DNA of 64,000 nucleotides. It comes from Octopus vulgaris (Eukaryota). The notes below the pieces were generated by a model, which worked only from the letters and a program-made list of their open reading frames with translations, was not told where the DNA came from and made no database searches. Shown here in pieces: positions 39,104 through 52,859 of the stretch (the stretch's first letter is position 1; the number at the start of each line of letters is the position of its first letter). The position numbers and the translations under genes were made by a program. Location: the NCBI GenBank assembly GCA_951406725.2, contig OX597815.1, positions 28,148,001 to 28,212,000 on the forward strand, read 5' to 3'.

Positions 39104-42100
39104 CCTTTGTGGTCTTTGTATTAATTACCTACTTATTTATCTATACATACACTATGTACTTTGATGGTTCAAACACACACATACACACAATTGTTTTTTT
39201 CCAAAAATTCTATTATTTCTTCACGTAAAAGGCACCATTCTAGCGTGATCATTACCAGCATCGCCTTACTGGCACCCATGCCAGTGGCATGAGTAAAAGA
39301 TTCGAGTGAGGTCATTGCCAGTGCCGCCTGTCTGGCCCCGTGCCGGTGGCATGTAAAAGCACCCACTACACTTTCGGAGTGGTTGGCGTTAGGAAGGGCA
39401 TCCAGCTGTAGAAACTCTGCCAGATCAAGATTGAAGCCTGGTGTAGCCATCTGGTTCACCAGCCCTCAGTCAAAACCGTCCAACCCATGCTAGCATGGAA
39501 AGCTGACATTAAACGATGATGATGATGATACTTAAAAGGTTCATGAAATTGATATTAGTTATGCATGTTCATTGTGCCATCAACTTTCTCTTTCACTAAA
39601 TGCCAAGCACAATCCAGATTACAATATCATTTAATATTAATCCAGATTACAATATCATTGCAATCCAGATTACAATATCATGGTGCTCCAGTATGAACCT
39701 AGCCCACTAGCTGGAACCAGTAAAAGTAAAAACAAAAATGCATGTATGTACACACGTGTACTTGTGTGTGTGCATATGAGTACATGTATGTGTGTTTGAG
39801 TGTCAAAGTGAAAACCCCAGTTTTTTTTTTTGGTAAGAGAAAAGAAGTTTATCATCAACTAAATTGCCTTTTGGTATTTGAATGGTGCCAATGAAAAGGC
39901 AATTGAAGTTCTGGATTTCAAAGACATCAAGCTCATTATCATCTCTCTCTCTCTCTCAATCTTCTCTTGTCTACTGTATCATTTTCATTACATTATTTAT
40001 CCACCATTTATCCACCCTTTATCCACCATTCTCAACATTCAGTCCCCAGCTGCACCCAAACTCTATTTTTCCCTACACTCCTGCTTATCATCCCTCAATA
40101 CGGGCATCATATTGGTCCCCCCTTTACCTATTCTTCATCTCTCACCCCTTCATACACTCTTGCAGCCTCTGCTTTCCCACATTCCTGGTTCTTCTGCCCT
40201 CATTCATCTCATCTCACCCTGTACCTTTAGGATCCACACAAACACCTCATCACCACTATTTTCATCTCTTCCCATTCCCTACTTGATTACCTTTTCTAAA
40301 ACGTGTGCAGCCTTGTAGTCCCTTTATAGCAAGGGATCTATTTTGTTCTGCCTCCCCACCCTGTCTCATACTTTAATCTGTCATCTCTTAGCATAAAACT
40401 AGCTCTCTCAGGGTTCTTGGTCTTGCCATTAAGCATTTCTTGGTGAAATGTTTAGTGATATTTTGCCCATCTTCATGTTCTGAGTTCAAATTCAGCTGAG
40501 CTAGACATTGCCTTTCATCTTTTTTGGATTGATAGAATAAGCACCAGTTAAGAACTTTGAAGCAATTGACATACCACACTTCCCTGAAGTTGCTGGTCTT
40601 GTGCCAAAGTTTGAAATCAATATAAATTGGGCTCTATTCTTTGACTTGTCTAGCATGGGGGGCCCTACCAGAAGCTTGTACTCCACTGGAATAGCTGTCA
40701 GGGTCACTGATACATGCAAGCCATCACACTGCAACTAGGACTGGATATTGAGGTAACCTCACTACAAGTTCTTTGGCGACCTCACTACAAGTGCTGGTGG
40801 TATGAAAAGAAATCACTTAGAACATGCTGTAAAGTGGTTGACATTAGGAAGATCATCCAGCTATAGAAACCATACCAAAGAAGACAGTAGAGCACAATGC
40901 AGTCAGATCCTGTCAAACCATTTAACTTATGCCAACATAGAACATGGATATCAAATGATGATGATGACGATGGCGATGATGGTGATGAGATATGCTATAG
41001 TCCATCAAGCATTTAAGTTATCCTTTCACTGCAATATAAAATATGTCTTTGTATGGGAAACCAACGCTATCTTGCCTGCACAACCTCACTTCATACATGA
41101 TGTGAAGACCCTCACACTGGGCAGGGTCTTTCTGCATTTGGCTATCAAAATAAAGGAAAACTTCTCAAAGCTGTGATCGGATCATCTCAGTGACTTTTTT
41201 AAAGTTAAGTGTGCACAAACAACCTATAGTTACTTTCCTCCTCAATTATTGTGTATTAAATCAGTGACTGAGCTGCAGGCTCATCTTTTTGAGCTCAAAT
41301 GGTTGTTCATTTAATAAAAATAAAGTCTATTTATTTCACGTCTACTCAGTATTACTGGTACCTGTTCAGTACCTGTGTAACATATGTTATGGATTTAATC
41401 ACACAAACACACACGCATACTCACACAGTAGTTGTTGCTGTTGTCACCATTATCATTATCAGAAGCATCGTCATTATCATTAATTTTACAACTGTTTTTA
41501 CATGCTTGCTTGAGTTGGACATATACACAAAAAATAATTGGAGAATATGATAATTGGAACAGTGTAGATAGATCTATAAATGATTGGATCAATATCCTGA
41601 TCAAAGAATATAACACATCTGTGATGCACCACTATATCATTATTTACATTTGAGCAATTTGAGCTATTTCAAGGTATCAACAAAAGGAAGTTCTCAAGAT
41701 TTTGTCCCCATGTTCACATTTGTAACTGCTTTCTATGTTAGTATGAAGTCCTTTCAGACTTTTGATGGTATAACACTTTTGTTTTGAAGTTGCTTACTTG
41801 TTTTGTGTAGGTGGAGATATTTTATTTCCCGGTCACACACATCCAAACTTATGAAGAAAATTGGAAGAGAAAATATAGTGTCAGTATCAATGAATTCTTA
41901 ATACTATTTCATATCTTCTAATTGAGTAGTTTTCTTGTTATGGTATCAGACTGGTTTAGAACAATTAAGCATCTCAGTAATTGCTGATATAGTTCATTGG
42001 TTTAATTCTCTGTGTTGTCTTCTGTAACCAACGCTAGGCTACATTATTACAAGCCTACAAGGCAACTTCTACATAGCTGTCTTATCTAAAACAGATAAAT

Positions 42101-43493
42101 CTCCATCAAATTCCACTTTACTATCTTAAAAACATGGAAGAATACAGCAGGTAGTAAAAAAATAGATGGCATGTTCATGGCTGGAATGTCTTTGATCATT
42201 ACTTAAACCCTTTACTACTTATGAGGCATAGGTTATTGACATCTTTTCTCCACTGTTCTAGGCTCTGGGTTGAACCTAAGAGAAGGCCTTTCTATCCAAG
42301 ATCTTGTTGGTTTGAATTGCCTCAATACTTCTAAAATTCTGCTTTTTTCTATGCAGGGGTGTTGGCCCTACACAAACTCATTACTTTTGGGAAGAGGTGG
42401 TCAATATTAATCTGGAATTGAAGGCAGCAAGTTGACAGAATCATTAGCACACCAGGTGAAATTCCTAGTGGCATTTCGTCCATCTTCACATTTGAATTCA
42501 AATTCCACTGAGGTTGACTTAGCCTTTCATCCTTTCAGGATTGATAAAATAAGTACCAGTTGAGTACTGGGGGTTGATGCAATCGACTTACCCCACTTCC
42601 CTGAAGTTGCTAGCCTTGTGCCAAAGTTTGAAATTAGTATTAATCTGGTTTCTATTCTTTGACTTGTTTAGCACGGGAGGCCCTATCAGAAGCTTGCACT
42701 CCACTGGAATAGTTCTGAGGCTCACTGTTAAATGCAAGCCACCACACTAACAAGGACTGGACCTTGTGGCAGCCTTTGACCATTGTTTCTCTTAATCAGT
42801 GCTGACTTGGCCTTGAACAACAACAATAAGCTTTTATGTCACTTTTATATTCCAATCCCCTCAACAAACATCACCATCTTTCACGAATAAGTCATTCAGT
42901 TTTTATATATTTCTACCAGATATTACATATTATTACAACAAACTACCGATAACCACTCAAAATCTGATATTATCATAGATAATACTCAACAAATGTTTTG
43001 AACGCTTATAATTACTCTTTCAGGGTATAGTCACATATAGCCTCAGGATCAACCAATAAAGAAGCTTCTAAACTGTTGCTACAATCATGAAATATATATC
43101 ATCATCATCATCGTTTAATGTCCACTTTCCACAGAGGCCAGTCCGGTGGCACTGGCAACAATCATGCTCGAATGGTGCTTTTTTATGTGTCACTGGTATG
43201 GGAGCCAGTCAGTGGCCCTGATATGATCATGCTCAAATGGTGCTTTTAACGTTTAAATGGTGCTTTTAACTGGTGCCAATAAGGCGGTACTATCACCGAC
43301 CACAACAGCGATTTCACTTGCCTTAACAGGTCTTCACAAGCATAGTTTATTGTCCAATGATTGAAAGGTACTATTAAATGGGTTGGTTATACAACACTGG
43401 TATAGGCCACAGTTATGGTCTCGGTTAGCTTGCCAGGTCTTCTCAAGCAGAGCATATCTCCAAAGGTTTCAGTCACTTGTATATATATATATA

Positions 43494-43726
43494 TGCTCCA
43501 GTTCACTCAGCTGTAGAAATGAGTTGCGACGTCACAGGTGCCAAGCTGTATCGGCCCTTGCCTTTCCCTTGGACAACATCGGTGACGTGGAGAGGGGAGG
43601 CCGGTATGCATGGGCGACTGCTGGTCTTCCATAAAACAACCTTGCCCAGACTTGTGCCTCAGAGGGTATCTCTCTAGGTGCAAACCCATGGTCAGTGCCT
43701 GACCGAAGGGGGTCTTTACCCTTACC

Positions 43727-43730
<4 letters not shown>
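43494..43730 (+). mobile_element. SINE-like 3' fragment with (TTACCC)-type tail inserted in (TA)n
   Basis: Starts gctccagttcactcagct, shared with the tRNA-headed element at 57457-57710. Ends tttacccttaccctt, flanked by (TA)n on both sides. Confidence 0.6.
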
Positions 43731-43772
<42 letters not shown>

Positions 43773-45340
43773 GTATGTTGATTTATATTGGACAAATGAG
43801 AGAGGATTGGTCAATACATGTACAGGATATGGCGTTGTGCTAAATGACACACACTCAATTTCAGTTTCCATAAGAAAATTATACATCGTTTTCATACAAA
43901 ATGTACAAAAATGAAATATACTTCTTTTACTGAAAATGAAACTGGGAGTTTGTCATGATACTCAAGCTTCAGCTTCAATAAAACACCCACCCATCCACAC
44001 ACACCACACACACACATATACACATATGTTGTGAAATTCTACCATACCCACCACATTTTTCTTGTCTTCCTTTTCGCCTATCACTCATATTAACTGCCAC
44101 CTCCTCACTTCTATGCTTTCTTTGCACACAATATGACACATTAACCACCAACACATTCACCTTTCATACCATTACACTTCCACACCTCTACACATTTACT
44201 CATACCACTAAAAATTCCACATACTCACCCCAATCCCTTATGTGTATATCAATACAGAGATACATTCAGAGGAGTGCACACAGTTTCTCATTCTTAACTC
44301 ATCCCAAGAACTGCATTTCACCTGGACCCTAACCCTCCTTTACTTTTCTTCTATATTTTCCTTCTGATGAAGGGCTAGTGTCCAAAATATCAACTCTCCT
44401 TTTAAGTATTAACCTATCAAACTTGACTCTTCTATATTGAATTCCTCTGATCATAAGTATGCTAGATCAAAGCTGAGCCAGAGCTAAATAATAACAATAA
44501 CAGAAGTTACTTACACCACTAATATCACTGAGAAATAAATGAATATCACACAGTCCTGTTTCTCTACCCCCCAAAACCTCAAGATCAACCAATAAAGAAG
44601 CTTCTACATTGTTGCTACACCCACAAAAAATAGCAGTCAAATATCTTTTAACAGATACCCAACTATCTTCAAAATGGAGGTATACTTGGGCAGTGTAGTC
44701 TTAGATCATCATCATCATCATTGTCGGTTAATGTCTGCTTTCCATGCTGGCATGGGTTAGATGGTTTGACTGAGGGCCTATGAGCCAGAAGGCTGCACCA
44801 GCCTCCAATCTGATCTGGCAAAGTTTCTACAGCTGGATGCCCTTCCTAATGCCAATCACTGTGAGGGTGTAGAGGGTGCTTTTACATGCCACTGGCACAA
44901 GGGCCAGTCAAGCGGTACTGGCATTGGCCACACTCAAATGGTGCTTTTTACGTCTCACCTGCACCGTAGTCAGTCAAGCGGTACTGGCAATGACTATGCT
45001 CAAATGGTGTTTTTATGTACCACCAGCACAGGAGCCAGTCAGGCGATGCTAACAACAATCATGCTTGAATGGTGCTTTTTACATGTTGCTGGCATGGGAG
45101 CGAGTCAGTAGCCCTGGCAACGATCATGCTCGAATGGTGCTTTTAATGTTCCACTGGCACGGGTGCCAATCAGGTGGTACTGTCATCAGTCACGACAAAT
45201 GATGATATATAAATAAACAGGGTGGTCATAACTGGAAAGCCTTTGATGAATCATTCTACTCAATGAGTGTTGACTTAGGGGTAAGAAAAAGGTGAAAACA
45301 ACAACGGTAGCAGAAGCAGTAACTGATACCAGCAGCAGTA

Positions 45341-45351
45341 GCACCACCATC

Positions 45352-45383
<32 letters not shown>

Positions 45384-45488
45384 CAACACCACCACCACCA
45401 CCACCACCATCACCACCACCACCATCACCATCACCACCACCACCACCACCACCACCACCACCATCATCACCACCACCACCACCATCAC
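45341..45488. repeat. Compound (CAC)/(AAC)/(CAT) trinucleotide tract
   Basis: Directly visible. It explains the poly-T and poly-V ORFs. Confidence 0.95.
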
Positions 45489-46402
45489 TTTAGGATATAT
45501 GTGTAAAGAAGAAACAAAATATATTTACAAATTCACAAGGAACACAGAGCGAACGACTGTTATTTTACAACATCGATACAAACGAAACAAAGTAACACTA
45601 TTTTATGTTTCATTTTAATTCTTTCATTAAGTCTGTAGGCATTATAATGCAAATCATTTCTTGATAATACAAAGTAGGGGGGCGCCTATTATTCAGTAAC
45701 AGACTCCTAAATAAAGCACTGTTTCACAATAAGGTAAGCAGTCATTAAATAAAAGAACAAAAAAATTCTATTAGAATCAATGGACCAAAGCATAGCAGCT
45801 GCAACAGTTATGCATTGACTGCTTCTATTGGTTATTAGGCTAGTCTGTAGTTATATTTAGATTGTTCAGCATGGCTGGTTTACACTGATCAAGATTGTAT
45901 CGGTTTATAGAGAGCTTCGACAGATCAGGGTTGTGAGGATTGGGAAGTGGGGAAGAAAAGAATACCATGCAAGAAAAAATAGACTGGCAGAAAATTCAAT
46001 TAATTACTATTAATAACATAAAAGGAAATTGTATTTCAAACATAAAAATAAAAATAATAAAAAAAACTGGGCCAAACAATAGTTTATCTTAGTCATAAAA
46101 ACCTTAGTAGCCTACAGGAAAACATATTCTTGTATTTCACGTAAAAACGGTTTTAGAAAAATAAAAATATTATGAAAACGTATGTGCATGAATGTATGCA
46201 CGCATACAGATTTATAAATAATAGACATCAATTTGAAATAGAACAAACATACTGATATGAATACACACACACACACACACATACAGATACATACACACAC
46301 AAACAAATATATAAGTGTTAATGTTAGGCTAGTTACATTATAAAGTTACTAACAACAAATATTTATTTGTGTGTGTTGCATTATATATATATATATATAT
46401 AT

Positions 46403-46596
46403 GGTCAGACATCATGATAGATCGTTAGTCACTACACACATTTTTTATCTCTCTTTGTTTTTTCTGTGTCCCTTTCTATAGAAGAGCGTGGGCTCGAAAC
46501 ATAAAAGACTTTTTCTATTCCTGAGTGTTATACTAACACATCTGTTTGTTTTGTACACAACCTGTCTTCGTCTTTTGTTTTTTTCGTAAACTCTCC

Positions 46597-46597
<1 letters not shown>
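46403..46597 (+). mobile_element. ~200-bp (TA)n-embedded element with a degenerate minimal hammerhead ribozyme motif (Penelope pLTR/retrozyme-like)
   Basis: 46472-46507 reads cttt-CTATAGA-A-GAGC-gtgg-GCTC-GAAAC-ATA-aaag. Flanked on both sides by (TA)n. Confidence 0.6.
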
Positions 46598-46628
<31 letters not shown>

Positions 46629-46834
46629 ATGTGTGTGTGTGTGTGCATTATATATATATGTGTGTGTGTGTGCCCATGACTATTGGAGTCTGATGAGTTG
46701 TCTATAAAGCTAAGTGCTTTATGGATGCGAAACCATTGGTCACTCTATGATCAGACATATATTTACCTTTATGTAAATACATTACTGCTCTTACTTTTAG
46801 AGTGTACTACCTTTTTGGATATATGATCCACTGA

Positions 46835-46871
<37 letters not shown>

Positions 46872-47316
46872 GAGGTGCATATCCTCAGTTCTTTCTTGAC
46901 AATGTTAATTTAATAATTTAAAACAATTCTTACAGCACACATAGTATGAGAAAATGGATGTAAAAGAGTATAAATAGAAACCACTCAATATTTGAATATT
47001 TAAATTCTAAATGACAGAAGAAACACCATTATTATTATGAATGAAGTAAACAAACTTAGTATGGTGGATTAATAAATAACAGTTTAAACTAATTTGAAAA
47101 AGTTTGTGAATCACAAAGGAATTTTCTAGAATGAACCAGAGGTATAAAGGATGATAGTAAATGTAAATTATTTCAGACTTTGAACCCAAAACTCATGAAA
47201 TCAGCACCAAAAGAACAGATTTTGAACTTATGAAATAAATTATTTACATTTAAAATTAGTTCAGATATCATTATGATATCAGCATTATTTTGAAATTTGT
47301 AATAATTATTCAACGT

Positions 47317-47670
47317 AGGCATAGGTGTGGTTGTGTGGTAAGAAATTTTTTTCCCCACCCCATGAATCTGGGTTCGGTTCCACTGTATGGAACCTTGAGC
47401 AAGTGTCTTCTTCTATAGTCCCGGCTTGTGAGTGAATTTGGTAGATGGAATCTGGAAGAAACCTGCAGTATATATGTGTGTGCGTGTGTGTCTCCTCACC
47501 ATTACCACTTGACAACTGGTGTTGGTTTGTTTACATCCCCATAATAGTGGTTGGGCATAAGAGTACAATAGAAAAATTAACAGATTAAAAAAAAAGTAAA
47601 CACTGGGGTCAGTTTGGCTGACTAAACCCTTCCAGCTACAATCTAATGACTGAAACATGTAAAAGATAAA
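47317..47670 (+). mobile_element. SINE family A, diverged
   Basis: Head aggcataggtgtggttgtgtggtaag, tail aatgactgaaac. Confidence 0.72.
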
Positions 47671-49489
47671 AAATGGTGTTATGTACTCTTGTCCTTTCAA
47701 TTTGGACCTGGAGATCCCCATTTCCAGCAACTTCAAGGGCCACCTCCCAGTGGTGTCGGGCCTCAACGAAGAGCCCTCAACTACAACAAGACGACCATCA
47801 CCTAATCACCCTTACCCATCTTGTTGCTTAACAATAACAACAACAAGAGCCATATAAGGCCTTTGGATTTCTAAGTTCCTCTCACAAGGCAGCAGTTACC
47901 ATTCGACAATAGCTGCTTACTGGTTACAGTGAAATCTAGGACCTTATGTTGGGTCAAGGTGATTTAGTAATGCAGTTTACTCTACAGTTCTGAGAGTAGT
48001 GTTAGTTTGTCAACATCTAGGGTTTCTCTTAAAGGTGGTGAGCTGGCAGAATCATTAGCACACTGGACGAAATGCTTAGTGGTATTATTCCACCTAAAGA
48101 ATTTCTGAGTTCAAATTCTGCTGAGGTTTTCTTTGCTTTTCATCCCTTTCAGGCTCAATAGAATAAGTACCAGTTGAACACTGGGGTCGATATAAATAAC
48201 TTATCTCCTCTCCCAAAATTGCTGGCCTTGTGCCAAAATTTAAAACCAATATCTAGGATTTCACAAGATTAGATGCAGTTTAAAGTCAGATTCAAGACTT
48301 AGCACAAAACTGAGGTTCTACCAAAGTGAAAAGGGGGATGGAAATTCCTGTTGTATTTCAGTTGCAGCAAGTTGAAGAAGAAATACTAAGTATTCAACTG
48401 AGAAGTGCATTGCTGGGTGGTATAAGCCTCTATTTTGCTGTGTTAATTCATGGTACTTTGACCATCATATCTTAAACCCTAATCAACTGCTTACTGAAAT
48501 CTTTGTTATTTTAATCAATATAAATAGAGCATTTCATATACCAAAAACTAAAGATGCTTATAAAATTAATTAATATTTATAATATTCCAAATGAAAATAA
48601 TTAAAAAAAAAAAGTAACTGCTGGTATATTTTTGTGGATGAAAATTCTTGTTAAGACATGCTATTATACAAGCCATAAAAATCCTTTAATAACAGGTTTA
48701 CTTAGAGCTTAAGTAATTTGATATTATATGTGAACCTAAGACATAGTCCAAGGGGAGACATAAATATTGATCTAATCAAATGCTTCTGAAGAAATACAGT
48801 TTTTTATTCACCTAATAACCAGGTAGGTTGGAGTAATAAAACCTGCAGCCTGACAGGTATTAACATTATACTTTACTGTTAATTAATATTAGCTTTTCCC
48901 AATGTTTATCAGTCAATGCCAGCAGAAAATAGTCAATTATTTTAGTCTGGTGATATTTAAAATTATTTTTGATTATTTCCCCAATGGAAATAGTATTCTT
49001 GTCGGTGCTAGAGAAAAAAATATAATCTTTATTACTATTAGTTAATTTTTTTCTCCTTAAGCACGCATATCTTGCATATTTCAATAAGTTATGACTGTTA
49101 CCATAGCAACTGTACAAAGTTATATAGTATTCTCATAGAGAAAGGGCCAGCCATATATCCAGTAATGCACTCCCAAATTTATGGGATTGGGAAACTGGAG
49201 ATGATTGGTATGGATAATGTTAAAAAAAAGAGCTGAAGGATATCAAATGTGAAAGCATGGGCAAAGCTGGAACTGAAAATAGTCCTGTGAAACAAAGCAC
49301 ACATATGCACTTGTATATATATGTGTGTGTTTTATACAAAAGAAAGTCTCCGAAGAGTGACAGTATTTGGGATTGAATGCAGAAGTATGTATAGATTAAC
49401 TGCTTTGATACTAACCTACCTAAGACTGCTTGTGGTTCTATGAATCAAACTTTTGATTTGAAAGTGATCTAAATTAAAACTTTATTTGA

Positions 49490-50094
49490 TGACTGACATC
49501 TGTGCTAGCAGGGTGCAAAGAGCACCATATGAGTGTGATCATTGACAGAGTGGCTAACCAGCTTCCATGCCAGTGGCACATAAAAGGCACCATTCGAGTG
49601 CGATCGTTACCAGTGTCACCTTACTGGCACTTGAGCCCCATGCTAGTAGGGTGCTAAGAGCACCATCCAAGCGTGATCATTGCCAGAGCGGCTAACTGGC
49701 TTCTGTGCCTGTGGCACGTAAAAGGCACCATCCGAGCATGATCGTTGCTAGAGTGGCTAACTGGCTTCCATGCTGGTGGCATGTAAAAGGCACTATTTGA
49801 GCATGATCGTAACCAGTGTCGCCTTACTGGCACCTGTGCCAGTGGCATGTATAAAAAGATTCGAGTGAGGTCATTGTCAGTACCGCCTGACTGGCCCCCG
49901 TGCCAGTGGCATGTAAAAGCACCCACTACACTCTCGGAGTGGTCGGTGTTAGGAAGGGCATCCAGCTGTAGAAACTCTGCCAGATCAAGATTGGAGCCTG
50001 GTGCAGCCATCTGGTTCACCAGCCCTCAGTCAAATTGTCCAACCCATGCTAGCATGGAAAGTGGATGTTAAACGATGATGATGATGAAGATGAT
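49490..50094 (+). mobile_element. Repeat family C: array of ~65-bp units followed by a ~190-bp constant tail ending in (GAT)n (SINE-like or LINE 3' end); longest copy
   Basis: About six units with GTGCCRGTGGCAYGTAAAAGGCACCAT, then AGGAAGGGCATCCAGCTGTAGAAAC…CCAACCCATGCTAGCATGGAAAG…(GAT)n. Other copies at ~8984-9170(-), 16864-17215(-), 20043-20230(+), 29358-29672(+), 31538-31915(-), 33551-33783(-), 39221-39528(+), 43098-43320(-), 44705-45200(-), 52080-52252(+), 58063-58250(-), 61730-62012(-) and 63463-63833(+). Confidence 0.85.
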
Positions 50095-52554
50095 GTTCTA
50101 AATATCAGCTTAATAATGACAAAATTATTTCACTAAATGTATTTTCAAAAACAATAATTTTACTAAACTTATTTTCAAAATTAATTTCAGTCAGAGGCAG
50201 TGTATTTCAATAGATATTTCAATATTATTATATCTCCTTATTAAAGCATAAGCTTTACAGAATGTGCCAAAATAGAGGTAAAGGAATCACCATGCATTAC
50301 TATGATATCATAACCTAAGAAGGCGTGTAAAATTAGCACATTCAGAAAAGATGTATATTAGAGACGCCATTTATATCAAAAATCAACATTTAAGGACAGA
50401 TTAACATGCTTAATGCAGTCCGTCAAAAATCTAATTAGAAATAGCGATGTGGATGGCAGGTGTAGGTTATTAGTCTCCAGGAGAGATTTATGGAGACGAT
50501 TTTATCTAGCGTCAGTAGTGAGAATGAATATTTCAAATTGGAATGTTCCACAAAAATAATTGGGTGTTGAGTAGTGGCTGAAACTGCAGAGTTTTGAAAG
50601 ATAGTATATTTAATGAGACATTATAAAAAGGAAAAAGCAAAAAACAAAAAAAACCCTTCTCTCAGTACCTTGTTTAAAAGATTGTTATGTCAAAGTTTGA
50701 TACTTTACAGTGTAAAAGAAGTTGGAGCATATATGTTAATTTTTCTTAGATATTTGGCTTACAATACTTTGATCCTACTTATTAATTCTCTTATCAGTAC
50801 TTTGATGAAATTAATCTTTTACTGATGAGATAAAATACAACATCTACAGATGTCTTTTGTATTTATTGAAGTTTGATACCCTGCATCAATTAAGTTCACC
50901 CCTATTTTGCAAAATAGCCACCCAGTTGAGAACAACAGACATAAACTGTAATAATGACAGAAAAGACAAAAGGGAGGGTATAGAGTAATATAAATCCTTT
51001 CAGTGAATCAGTACTTCTTAAGAGATCAGTGCAGTGACTTCCTTTTGGAACTGTTGGCTGAAATCAGGTGTCAGTAAGGCTGACGCAAATACAAATGTTA
51101 TAAGCAAACTGATAATTGTAGAGATTTAAATTACTATTTTGATTTTGAAATCATAGTCTTCTCAGCCTACTGTGGGTGGTGAATTGGCAGAGCCATTAGA
51201 ATGTCAGATAGAATGTTTCACATTATTTGTTCATCAAACAGACAAGAAATGATGATGATGATAACATTCAGTGTTCTGAGTTCAGATCCAGCTGAAGTTA
51301 TATTTGCTTTTCATCTTTTCAGTGGAATGAATTCAGAAAATGTGTCAATAAAGGTTGGTAGATTGATAGAACAGTAAGAACATTAAACTGAATGTCTTGT
51401 GGTGTTTCTACTAGATTTTTGCATTCTGAACTCAAATCCTGCCATGACCTACTTGGGTGATAAACTGAATCCATCATCCGGTTCAATGCCATCATCTGGC
51501 AGCTTTGATGTCTCTAGTAGAGTCCAGTCTGTTACAAGCATTTGAGCTAAGTCCTAGATTAAAGATATTTTCCTTTCTTACTCCCATTAGTTTTAGATAT
51601 CACGTAAAGGGTCACAAGTGCTGCCTTCTCTTCTGACTAAAAAGAATTAAAAAATTCAATTTGTGAGATTGCCTGGAGAAATTTATGAAGATACCTATCA
51701 TCAAAGGTAAGCGGGGTTGTTTCAATAGGGAATAATTTCATAAGAATAATTGAATGTTGAGCAATATTATTCTCCCTTATGAGTGATAACTTTTCTGAAA
51801 AAGTGGTAAATTTTATTGGTATTTGTAGGACAGTAGTTGAAACTGTAAAGGAGTAGAAGAAAATATATATGATGTGAGATATTAGGAAATGAAAGACCTT
51901 CCCTCAACAGCTTGTTTAAAAACACTTGAGTTAAAGTTTATCAATGTCTTTATAACTACCTGGTTAGTAATATTCCTTACTCTATAGCATAAAAAAAGTT
52001 TGGAATATCTGTGCATGTCATAATGTGTTAATTCCATGCATTAAAACATGTGCACCACATTACTCAGTATGTAAGAACAGGTGCTGGTGACACGTAAAAA
52101 GCACCGTCCGAATGTGGCAGATGCTAGCGCCGCCTGACTGGCGTCTATGTGAGTGGCATGTAAAAAGCACCAACTGATCGTGGCCATTTGCCATCCTCCC
52201 TGTGCCGGTGGCATGTAAAAAGCATCCACTACACTCATAGAGTGGTTGGCGTAGTTTCAGACAGAAAGGTTAGTTTCTGTTAATTGCGTGCCCTAATTAA
52301 TGTCTGAAGGAGTTGTGGTAGAAGCACAACAGAAATCAGGTAAAGCACAATAAAAGAAAGGAATTTTCAGGGAGACACTAACTTCTTTAACAAGAAAAGG
52401 TTTCTATCTCTGCAGAGTGAGAATACTTTTAGCTATAAGTGTAAGAAGTGTGAGATTACATTATTGTTACTGTATTTAAACATGTGAAGGAATTAAATGT
52501 GAAAAATCTGTGTAGGCTGGAGAGAAATGGGTTGGGCATAATCTAGAAAAACAC

Positions 52555-52591
<37 letters not shown>

Positions 52592-52787
52592 GGAATAAAA
52601 GGCATTTACCAATAGGCAAAGTGTGCAGGAGTGGTGGCTCTACTGTCTATGGATATGTAATAAGAATCAGTGACACCTGCAGAGTGATAAAGTATTGTGA
52701 GCTCTCAAATGAAAGCTACTTCTGACAGAAGACCAATTACGCTACAGGAAAAGAAAGGCAGGAAGGTAGATCTATCTATCTATCTAG

Positions 52788-52822
<35 letters not shown>

Positions 52823-52859
52823 TCTATCTGTCTATCTTTTTTTATTTTTATTTTCTTTT

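Noticed and set aside
39611-39681. Three copies of AATCCAGATTACAATATCAT
   Set aside because: A simple local slippage duplication with no evidence of function.
39878-40318. Three overlapping 87-146 aa ORFs
   Set aside because: Pyrimidine-rich low-complexity strand with few stop codons by composition, and no motif.
45186-45618. Poly-Thr / poly-Val ORFs (mucin-like)
   Set aside because: These are translations of a (CAC)n microsatellite.
49500-49930. Repeat-spacer-like array resembling CRISPR (also 44880-45180 and 31715-31915)
   Set aside because: The 'spacers' are homologous to each other, the array is part of a dispersed (GAT)n-tailed eukaryotic repeat, and there are no cas genes.
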